Part shown: one piece after another, positions 53,567-64,000 of the stretch | Layout: the number at the start of each line of letters is the position of its first letter | How positions within the stretch are numbered: the first letter of the stretch is position 1 | Origin: Balanoglossus misakiensis | Lineage: Eukaryota > Animalia > Hemichordata | NCBI GenBank assembly: GCA_040954595.2 | Contig: CM082576.2 | Location: forward strand, 7,815,129 to 7,879,128 | Length of the DNA: 64,000 nt | Direction of reading: 5' to 3' | Program-made: the position numbers and the translations under genes | Notes under the pieces: generated by a model | Databases searched by the model: none | What the model was told of the DNA's origin: nothing | Seen by the model: the letters and a program-made list of their open reading frames with translations, nothing else

Positions 53567-54079
53567 CTATCGACGGATAAAAAAAACAACGTTTACACCT
53601 CTCGCCACCGACTATGTGGATGGGCAGGCAGGCCGGGATTGCACAGATTTTGGTTTAGTTTACCAGCCTGCACCGATTTGGGGTCAGTAGGTAAGCTATA
53701 TATGGACGATGAATAAGGGGTGTTCCCCGATTGGCATTAGACGGAACGCCCACATAGTTTGGGGTCGCGTGTGTGTGTGTCATGATTTCACTGGCAAATG
53801 CTGTGTTAGTAGGGTCGATGTCGATGTATAGGCTACGTGTCTGTCTAAATCTTTCCCGTCACGTACATGTACTCAGTTACAGTACTTGACCACTATATAC
53901 ACTCACAACAGTTTAATTTGACGCAAAATACACGCAAAATTGTGTATTTCACTCTACAATGGCTTTCGAAGGCGATTAGCCTAGGCTACGTGCGCTCTTC
54001 TGATTTTCCCCGATCGGCTTTTCTCGGCATTCACACCATGACATGTACTCATACAGACGATCGTTATTAGGGATCTTAC

Positions 54080-54271
54080 CTGTGGTCCTGTATTTGTAAA
54101 ATCGATATTCAGTTTAACGCCACTACTTCCGGGTTGCACATCGGCGCCGGCCGCCGGGGCAGCGCTACACGTGAAATTGTGCAGGGCCGCTGCCAATGTC
54201 GTTTCGGCGGTGCGATGAGCACCCGTGGTGTCTCCACTTCCTGTATGTGTGCCGTGATGCGAGTTGCTCAT
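54080..54271 (-). CDS. bZIP gene 3, coding exon 1
   Basis: First in-frame ATG at 54271 (MSNSHHG...KLNIDFTNTGPQ) and strong donor CAG|GTAAG at 54080/79, phase 0. The start at 54298 in the ORF track is a GTG. Confidence 0.7.
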
Positions 54272-57200
54272 TTTTTCTGTGCTGTCTCCCAGTTCCACAA
54301 CGTTTACCCTTCTGTTGGAGGCGCTTCACGAACATAACAAGCGTGCGGCTTTCTTAGTCAACGCGTCTGGGCTAAGTGATTGCCTCAGAATATGTCGCAG
54401 CTTAAAATCGTGTCTCTCGCAATCACGAGCAGGTATTGCGACAGCACATATAGGTCGGGGATGCCGGTCAACAGGCATTGGTCGCGCGTGCGGCTCGTAG
54501 AATCCCACGTCATCAGCCGCCTGACTGTACATGCAAATACACGTAGCTAGAGAAGGTTCCAGAGCGATGATGAAAACCTCAAAAAGTGTTGCATCAGCAT
54601 ATCTTGCTTGGTCGCTACGTATCGGACTCCCTAGCTACGTTCGATTTAACGCTTCGACGACTCTCCATGTTTCGCACAACGGGATTTCTGCACAGCCTCA
54701 TTCATATTCATAAAATGACGTCGACATCACCGGTCGAACGGTCTGACCTTCGTAGCCCTGAAAGTTCAGTCTAGGCGCACCTGAGTATCTGGCGATTTCA
54801 ATTCGCGCAGTCTCTAATTTACAACGACGTCTGCTTTTACGGTTAACATTCCGCCGTACCCAAGCTTGGATTCGCGACCGCGTTAATCGGTTTACCGCCA
54901 CCAAATCACGAAGACGCTGTCGCATAACTGTCTAAATTTAGAGGTATGTTGACATACAAAGTAGAAACCGTCCTATTTCAATGACACCGCCTGTCAAGGT
55001 TGGCGAGAACAATGTTTATTGACACACAGACAGACACAATGGAGAACCGTCCCTGAAATGGCCTCATCGACGTGGGGCCCACAGGCAAACAGTCGCTCAG
55101 AAAATTTAACATACAAAACCGATACATAAAATCGCTGCAAAATCACATGCTGGATAAAAACCTAGGAAACAGTCGCTACAAGTGAAATATAAACAAAGAA
55201 ATAAGTGTGAATTACACAGCACTATATGAAATAAAATACTCATTATCAAACATTTCAATAAAAACAAAATGGAAGTGTTGTTCTTGAATTATTTTTTTCT
55301 GTGTTTACATGTTACTTCAATCGAAAACGTGGCCAAGGTCAGACACATTTCTCTTGACATTTCTGGCAATGTCATGGTTTTTTTAGCTCTTAAATTTCTA
55401 AATTTAAACATTTTGATTTCAATGATAACGTATTCAAATTTCCTATGTACCGGGCGGTATACTGTTTTGAATATCACAGGTATTGCGTAAGTCGTGATCA
55501 TGTTGCAGTGTCCGTCGCAAGTTTTCTTTGTTCGGGTTATTGTTTGTTTATTTTTATTTATTTATTTCGCAAATGAAAGGCAGTTTTAATAAGTCAATAT
55601 TGAATTTCAGTCAGTCTCCGGCCAACACCATGGTCATGCATAAGCTGTATGTTCTATATATATATTACAACTGTCATTATGCGGACACAATCTGTTGACC
55701 TGTTTGGGGTGAATGTCGGTCGCATAAATGACCAGCACCTTGTTAGGACAAAATTACTGCGCAGCTGGTCAAGGACAAGACATACACGCCAATATTAAAT
55801 TCTAGTATGAACCCCAATACATAAATTTACAAATGTACCAGTGTTTTTTTTTTGCCGTTGTTACCGTTGTTGTTTTGATGTAACTATGTTCCTCGTTAAG
55901 ATTTCGCGTTAACGACTTTGTGAATTACGTGGCACCACTATCGGAGTTGCTGATTGTTCTATATTGAAGGGGCGTTATTTAGTTACCTCATTTATGGTCA
56001 TTTAAAAAAAATGCTGGCAAATTGTGAACCACGGGCCGCCACAGTAAACGGCAGATTTCGTTTCAAGATTCTGCTCGATGCATTCCATGATGTGTGTGCT
56101 ACTGAAAAATACGAAAATCAGCATTCCCTTTTTATTTCATTTTTTTAAGATTTTTAAAAATAAGACTTACTCCTTTTTAAATCCCATAATTTTGTTTTTA
56201 TTTCAAAATTTATAAACTTCCTTTTTAGAAAAAGAAGCCCATAATGCAAGCCCCTGCATAAATATAAAAACTCATAATTCAGCCCACAGTTAGTTCTAAC
56301 CTTATTTTTAGCCGAAGAACATTTGTTTAAATATTGTACGGACCTAAAAGAACACGAATGTCTAATTTCTGTTGTTCAAAGAAAAACTAAGGTATTCTAC
56401 GTGTCATGGCATAAGCTTTCCGCTGTGGTATAAAAACAAATCGTTGAAAGAGGAGTGACATTTATTTGATCAAAATTTTCAGCTACGTCGGATGATATTT
56501 TAATGCCGTGTTTTTTTTCCGCATCAAAATATGTTTTTTACAGATTGTCAACGGCCGTGGTTTGGCCGATCATCATCCGTTTATGCGTTTCGAGTTCACG
56601 GTCGGGTGACATGTGTTACGGGAAGAGACGCTGATCGCGGCCTTATTGCATGCGTGGTTCAAGTTGTTGGCGCACATATGAGCTAATAGTACAGTGACAT
56701 GGTAGAGATAAAAGTGACTATTTAACTTAATCCATTTTAATGGTTGTGATTTCACGGCCATATCAAAGGAGGGCCACTATTTCACACAGGACAGCCCAAG
56801 GCAAAACATATCGGCTTTCGTAATTTGTCGCAGTAATTATAGGATTAAGATGCGCTCTGGTGACGCCTGTGAAAAATATGTGTTTGTGTTGGGCGGGGGG
56901 GGGGGGGGGTTCCAGTGTTGAAATCTGCTTGCACAGTTATACAAGATTTTGTTGGAGTATACTTGACACAGAAATGCTGCCCTTGGGTAAGGACGTGACC
57001 GCCGTGGACGTCAAGGTCGTGACGTTGCACCTGGGATAAATGAAACAGCCACCGGGGATTTCCAATTAGTGGACCTGTGCGGGATGTTAATAGTTCTTAG
57101 TTCAAGGTCTGAAATTGTGATTTGTAAAAAAAGCCGATATTTTTCTTAGAAAGAAGAATTGGGCTGATTCCCTCTTTGCTCGTTGACAGAATGTGTGTTG

Positions 57201-60200
57201 CAATTAGAGACTGAATGATCAATATTTCGTCAAATTTATTTTGTAGACACGTTTAGAGCGTTGAACATTAAACTGTCAATATCAAAAATTGTCAAACAGA
57301 GGACCCTGGGTTTTAAAAAAAATACGGCAAAAAGCTTACACAGAGACCTAAGCTGCCATTTTGATTGTGACAAGCATGATTTATTTTCGCGCTACAATAT
57401 GTAGAGTATAAATCAGATCGGTTTGTTTTCGGATGCCAGCACCAAAATTTCACAACGCTGAAGGTGATGGTTTCAATTCATCAACTGTCGTGTTTTTTGT
57501 AAACATTTTGTGTGTGATTACCGTTGAACATATATTTGCCAGTAAAGCGTGGCACGCTTCGCATTGCGCACACTGAATTTTCAATGCGCGAACCTCAGAA
57601 ATGCTCGGTAATAAACACGGTGCTTTGGGTAGTACTCGTCTGAGAAAGAACAAGTGTGATATTTTACGGGGAAGTGACTGTCAAAGTCAGACTTTGCTGT
57701 TTTGGCTGTCTGAAACGTTCGTTGGACAGAGAAAATTAATCAACATCGGTTGTTGGGGGATTTTTAAGGAACGATTTCGACGAGACCGAGGGGGGCGAGC
57801 GGGGGTGTCGGCTGATAAATTTCGTTGCGTGTCGCCGCGACTAGTGTGAATTATCGGCATATTGTAACTCTAACCATAGGTCAGAATCAACAAAACCCAG
57901 GGAACATAAATTAATCTTTCATAAATGTGGATCTCGCTTGATTTCGTTGATAATCGAATCCGCCATGCAGAACCATCGCGCGCGGCCGTGAGTGGATTTT
58001 GTGCCGCGGCGTGTGCGCGACATCGTGTTGGATGCCGACCCGGGAGCCGCCGCCGGTGTGCGCGGCAGCGACGATTCAACGTGTCTCGGACCATTTTCCA
58101 AGTCGGGGTACGATGATATGTCCTGCGGATTGGGTACATGTGCATGGATTTGTCGCTGTTGTTATTGTTGTTTTTCGCGCACATATCGTGAGCTCATTTT
58201 CAAGCATTTCTGCCAATACTATAGCGTTTACTACGTCGACAGAATAGGCATAGAGTAGATGATGTGATGAAATGAGACCGTATTCGTTATTTTTACCCAC
58301 TTCTGGAAAAGATATCGGACGTGGCGTTCATATCTACAATTTCGTCTGCGTGTGAGTACTTATTTTTTGCTGTTTCTATTTGACTTCGTGATTCCAAACA
58401 TGTGTCACTCACCCACGCACCTATGGCCGTAAGCCGCGTCCGCTGCCACTCTTAATATAGGTGTCCGTTATGACTCGGTCCTCTCCGGCACGGTGTCGCG
58501 GCCGGCGGTCGTACCGTCGTGTAGCAACCGGCATCGGCGGTCGGTCGCGGCCGCTGAGGACCCTTCGTATACTTCAGCCATGGCGCGTATGTATTTAACA
58601 GATGGATGCATGAAATCGTAACCGAGAACACTGCATGTATTCCCCGCGACGAACATAATTCGTTCCCAGGGTAGGAAAATCAGACGTGGAATCAGATAGG
58701 GGCCGTTCGGTGGGTGGTTCTTTTTTTGCTTGTGCGCGCGAGCGACATCGTGACTAACGCAGGCAGCTTTTATTTGCAAACACATTTTTTCCCGCAAGTT
58801 CTGAGGTGAAACTAATTTACATCGATACCACGATAGAATATAACCCCGCTGTTGCCTTGAAATATTACAAGCGGATATTGACAGTATCGGCTGGGTCCGT
58901 CTCTTAGTGTCTATACAGCTTGTGTCGTTCTATCGTGAGCGTGGTGTATATGCACTATCCTTGGTCACAGACATCTATATATAGACGCCGTCGCTTGAAG
59001 TATCATAAGTGTGTCTTGCTGTTAATAAATTATCACTTGTCTCGCCTAATACACATCGCGAATTTCTGCTCGAAATAGTTGGTTTGGTGTTTGTTTTTGT
59101 TTTTTTATGTGAGCGTTTTTAACCTGGAAAATGTTGCACCCTGAGTTATTTTCCGACTCGCCTTTCCGTGACTGTGTTGACGGGTGCGTGTGTGTGTGTG
59201 CGTCTGTCGACACGCGGACTGCGGTTAAGTCGCTCGCGCTCGGTCGTGCACGTATTCTTTGTCTATTTATCCAATTTTCTAGCTCACTCTACCTTTAACA
59301 CACCTTCGCCTCTGTTTGCACCATCAGGTGTGTCCGTTCCTTTGTCTTTCGTGTCATCGCTCTATTGTCGATGGATCGGCGCTGGCTAAACTGGGTCATT
59401 ATTATTGTTTTCTTCTAAATCCGGTTGATTATCTCGGCAAGTGATCAGGGTAAGCCGGCGGGAATGAAAGTTGAGCCAATGACACAAGGGATGCCTCGGT
59501 CGCCGCGCTAGACGCACACATAACGGTCCGTCCGGCGCAGACAAGAGGCCGTTAACAGGTGTTTATAATCAAAAGGGCTCAGTGAGAAAAAGAAACGACT
59601 CCTTCATCATGGCGGCCGCCGACAGACTAAAAGAAAACCGGCCGAATTAATCCGGAAGCGGCCGTCTAATACACTTCGGAAACGGCCCCAGAGAAAGAAA
59701 CAGTAACCCGTTGTTTTGCAATCAATACCTCAGGTGCCGGACAACAATGAGTGTCATCTTGATTCGGGTCAGGGGTGGTCGGCGTAATGGCCCCCAATTT
59801 AGACGGTTGATTCGCACGGTTTAGAGCCGTTGTCAGGTAGCCACACTCCGTTACACACACTCGGCGTTACGGTTCGCCCACCGGGAAAACAATAGGGCAC
59901 CCCTGAAGAGTGCGCGCGCTGTTGAGTTTCTGTCCCGCCATTGTCGTCTGATGCTTGATATGTTGGGATAAAACTGGAACCGTGTCAAGTGCTTGCAGAA
60001 ACTGTCAGCCGACCGCTCACCGAGCTTTGTACCTTTTTTGTTTTGCTTGAACTGCGGCCAAACAATCGAAGTCTCAAACCACCGTTCAGCGCGATAAAAT
60101 GTCATGGAAGGACAGTGAAAACAGACAAGGTCACGGGAGGTCTGAATAATTATCAGAAATTGTTTATAACGTGTCATTTTTGCGGGCCTTCTGGCTGGCA

Positions 60201-62411
60201 CGCGACCAGACATTTTTTTATTGACTCCCGGAGCAAGTACTGTTGTCGATAACACGCGTTGTATCCATAACACCAGTCGCCGAAGCGCAGTGCGCGCTTC
60301 CCGGTACAATGAAGTGTGTTCAATTTCTCAATTGCCCGTGTGCGGCCTATGTTTTTCCCTTCGGCAGCGCACAGAAGACGACTGTAACAACGGCCGTAAC
60401 ACTTGATTTATTTATTTGTCACAAGGTAGCATGTGTACTTTAAGTAAGGCCCGACATTCAAAATCTGGCGGCGCAAAAAAAATTACATTTATTGAGTGGC
60501 TGAAGCCGAAAGAGTCGGCAAAGACAAAAGCGGGGAATTGCAAACTTCGGTCTTTGAGTTGCGACTGCCGCCCTGGAAAGCTTTGTTGATGGAAGGCTTT
60601 GGCGACGGGTTTCAAATAAATGACAGTATAAGGGATCAAGTTAATGATACATCGTCGGACCCAGTCATGTGGAGAGGCTTGCGAATTGTTGATTTACACA
60701 GCGAATACTGAGGCTCGAGCTGTAAACGAGGGGTACACAGCAGAAGAAGTGTCGCAGACGCAGATTTCAATAAATACATCATTTGCCACTACTGTAGTGT
60801 TGTCCAACCCGTATATCTTTCTGTATATCTGCCCCCGTGCCTGGCTCTCTGCTTGCCTGCTGCTTAGTGTTCGGGCTAAACTTTCAATCAACCAATTGGG
60901 GAAAAAAGACAACTTCAGTATGACGGAACGTCGAAATTTCGCTTGACAAACAACTTCGGTGCCGGGACAGAGAAATCGCATCGATTTCGCAAAAGCAACA
61001 GTGCAACATCACGAAAACAAACAATCGAATCCAAAACATTGGTCATTCAAATTATTGCTTTATTTTTACAAAAATACGATAACAGTTTGATTTATATCAT
61101 CATAGTCATAATTTCCATAAAGAAAAATAATAAACCCGAGACCATCGAAAATGACAGAGGCATAAAAATCAATTTAAACGATGAAAGTGAAAACATGTAC
61201 TGGCTTTTAAGTACCATGCAGATTTGCCGACGTCCCATGTACATGACAAACACAACCCTTTTTCCACGCATATTGCGTGGAATAATTTTTAAGTACATGA
61301 TTTGATCCGAGTCGACGTCACAGATAAACATAAACTCTTTCTTGAACGTGGCAGTAATAAATCAATAAAAGTTTTAATCATACACATGCTCTGAAAAAAA
61401 TTCAAATCATTTTGAGGCATTAAAAATTTCCAGAAGACGTTAAAAGTATAGAGAAAATATTTTTTTTGTCTTTTTTTGTTTCTGGTGTAGTTGGAAATGT
61501 AAATAGCACACACAAAGTCCAAAAAATGTGTCATTGAAAGGAAAACTACACTAAAGTAAGAACTTTTATAGAAAAATACTGAACAATGATGGAGAAAGAA
61601 ATTAGAACTCGTCTTGGAATACAATAATTGTGCGAAAGAATCAAGAACAACATTGGAGTGAAGGATCTTCAAGTTGTTCTTTTTGTGATGCAGCCATATA
61701 AGACAATGGACAATATATCAAATGTTTTCGAAGCAACAAAAACAGAACACAGAGAATGAAAGGTCGCCGTGTTTGGCAGCAATCTGCTGGCTCGCAAACA
61801 AGAAGTAGGGCTTGTTGATATGTACATCTGTTGGCATGTGTTCCTGTCCCCAAACGTAACATTGTTTCCGGTAGTTTTTTTTAATTTCATATTTTTTTGG
61901 CGTGTCAAGTGTCAAGGTTTCGTTTTCAGTGCTTTTAATGTTGATGGCCACAAACGAAAAATTACAGAATATCACATTTTTAAATAAAAACAATATGACG
62001 AAAACAGTCAAAGAGAACACTGTATACGTAAACTGAGGTAGGCAATGAAACTATCAAAATGAGGATAGGAAACACATGGAATGTTTCATTTTTTGGCTGA
62101 ACGCCAGGATTGCGACACGCAAGTCGCCCGAAAACCTTGAGCTGGTTTTTTTGTCCTCGGCCAGGGATATTTATTGGAAAATGCCGATTTTAAAGAAATT
62201 AAAATCCCATCACGTGTGTTTACAAAGTATATAACCGTCAAGATGAATAGCTTGAGATACTTTCCTTCCCAGGTAAACCCTGTTTTTAAGGGGGAAGCGA
62301 TGGGAATACCACCTTTCCCATCCATCACAGTTTTTATTTTTATTGAGAGTACGACAACTCCCACAGTCTTTGTCTCTCGGTCCTCCGTAGCTGCTGGCAC
62401 GCCGGCTCGCG

Positions 62412-62693
62412 CTATTCGAAGATGGTGAGATCGCCCGAGTAGAAACTTGTGTTCGGAGAGATGGCAGTTGTGACCGTCGTTAACACGTCCGGTGTGATTG
62501 CAGCATTGTCGAAGGTGTTGTCGACGGCAGTGGCTGGAATGAGAGGCACGCCGGCGGCGCAAGAGCTCGGCGGCTCCATCAGGCAGTAGACCAAGTGAGA
62601 TTGCAGCGCCTCGGAGAGTTGCCTCTTCTCGGCTTCGAGCCGAGCGACGTCCGCCTTCAATTTGGTATTCACTTCTTCGAGGAGTTTGGTTTC
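62412..62693 (-). CDS. ATF3: bZIP gene 4 (most canonical ATF3/JDP2/Fos-like copy), exon 3 (leucine zipper and C-tail)
   Basis: CCCTCCAATCAG|GAA. Reads ETKLLEEVNTKLKADVARLEAEKRQLSEALQSHLVYC...TIFE*. The symbol denotes family resemblance, not proven orthology. Confidence 0.9.
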   Translation of the reverse strand, partial: ETKLLEEVNTKLKADVARLEAEKRQLSEALQSHLVYCLMEPPSSCAAGVPLIPATAVDNTFDNAAITPDVLTTVTTAISPNTSFYSGDLTIFE

Positions 62694-63270
62694 CTGATTG
62701 GAGGGTGGGAAGCAGTTATTAAAATATAAGATTATCAGAGTTTGTTTTTTTCGAAATCCCGTTCTACGAAAATCCACAGTCGGTCGTGACTGACGCTTTG
62801 TACATGCGAGGGATTTTCTAATAACCTAACTTCTCTGAGTAATCTAATGTCCTTAGCTTCTTTCTCATTATCTGTGACAATGGGCCAGACATTTTGTTGT
62901 GGCTTTAACTTATTCTGCCCGTTTGCATACAATGGGTGGAAATGTACCCCCTTTGTGTTCCTTGGACAGGCGAACTCATCTAGCCGTGTCGCATGTGTGT
63001 CGCTGGACTCATCAAAATCGGCCGCCGCCTCAAACAGGTGTGAGAATCAAATAAACAACATTGCTTCCGGCGACCGATATTCATCAAAGTGTTTTCGCTG
63101 GGTAAAAAATGAGGAAACCGACCGCGTACGCGAGTTGTCGTTCGCGATCCGAGCTACCTTTAGCCGAAAAGCTGAGTAGTGTTGGATATTTGGGGAGCAA
63201 CCAAAATAATTAAATCATCGTATAAATATTCAATTGTTAAAGAAAAAAGAAAAGAAATATTAAAAATTAC

Positions 63271-63378
63271 CGTTTGCAATGTGCTGGCCTTGTTTCTCTT
63301 TTTGTTTCTGCATTTTGCTGCAGCGACTCTGTTGCGTTCACGTCGACGGGAACGTTTTTCCTCTTCTTCGGGAGTGAG
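63271..63378 (-). CDS. ATF3: bZIP gene 4, exon 2 (basic region)
   Basis: TTTTTGCAG|CTC ... ACG|GTAATT; 108 bp. Reads LTPEEEEKRSRRRERNRVAAAKCRNKKRNKASTLQT (compare ATF3 RRRERNKIAAAKCRNKKK). Confidence 0.95.
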
Positions 63379-63890
63379 CTGCAAAAATTGCAAACGACAA
63401 AAACATTCAACGAGCCGTTTCTCTGAATGATGGTGAATCCGGCGTAATATTATTAAATTAGAAATTTATCACTAAATTTCCAGAAGTCGATAGTGGATAC
63501 GTATTGCTTGTGCATACACAAGCCTTGGTAGACTTTTGAACGCAGGAAAACCCCAGACTTCGGCTTCGTACCAGCGGCGTCATATACACCAAGATGGCGC
63601 CCATTCGGTTCGAGCGCGGCAGTCGCGTTCCTGCCTTTCTACCCGTCGAAACTATCGAATACCCGGCCAATCGGCCCACTCAAATCACCTTGACAGGAGC
63701 ATAAATTTCCAAAATTATAAAAATGTTGAAATAACAGTTGTTAATCCAAAAGTGGGCGGAAAATCCGAAACGACAGGTAGGTGTTATTGCCGTAGACTGG
63801 CCCCCGTTACAGTTACACAACCGCTATTGCAGATATAACTGCACTCAGGTTGAAACGCGACTTCAACGACCGACAAACTTGCCAACTTAC

Positions 63891-64000
63891 CCTGTCTGGG
63901 TTCATTCTCCGCGGTTCCACCTTGAGTTCCCCCAGTCCCTTGGACTTTCGCTTGGCGTTGATAGCGAATTTCAGGCTTTCTTTTATCAGCATTGGCATGA
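63891..64000 (-). CDS. ATF3: bZIP gene 4, coding exon 1 (partial, truncated by the window edge)
   Basis: Reads MPMLIKESLKFAINAKRKSKGLGELKVEPRRMNPDR, then donor AGG|GTAAGT. PMLIKESLKFAI resembles ATF3 PFVKEELRFAI. Confidence 0.88.

Noticed and set aside
57874-58427. MITE bounded by CCATAGGT...ACCTATGG
   Set aside because: The inverted match is only 8 bp and there is no target-site duplication.

Overview
This window is AT-rich eukaryotic DNA, most likely from an invertebrate animal. It carries a tandem cluster of four intron-containing ATF3/JDP2/BATF/Fos-type bZIP genes: gene 1 (+, 19597-22146), gene 2 (-, 37542-32665), gene 3 (-, 54271-52767) and gene 4 (-, runs off the right edge, ends 62412). 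All four share the same three-coding-exon layout with phase-0 introns, but their basic regions have diverged (C, C, S or Y at the same DNA-contact position). Gene 3 has a second, duplicated leucine-zipper exon (52587-52354) that could swap its dimerisation domain by alternative splicing. The locus is rich in palindromic CRE (TGACGTCA) sites. An 11-kb block at 2304-13363 has an 87/88-bp satellite nested inside a related 86-bp satellite, and the two differ by a micro-inversion. A 4.8-kb foldback element at 24856-29665 is built from two inverted, differently deleted 5' ends of a probable Academ-type DNA transposon. Most ORFs in the supplied track are spurious. Gene models were built by eye from splice consensus and protein motifs, with no database search.
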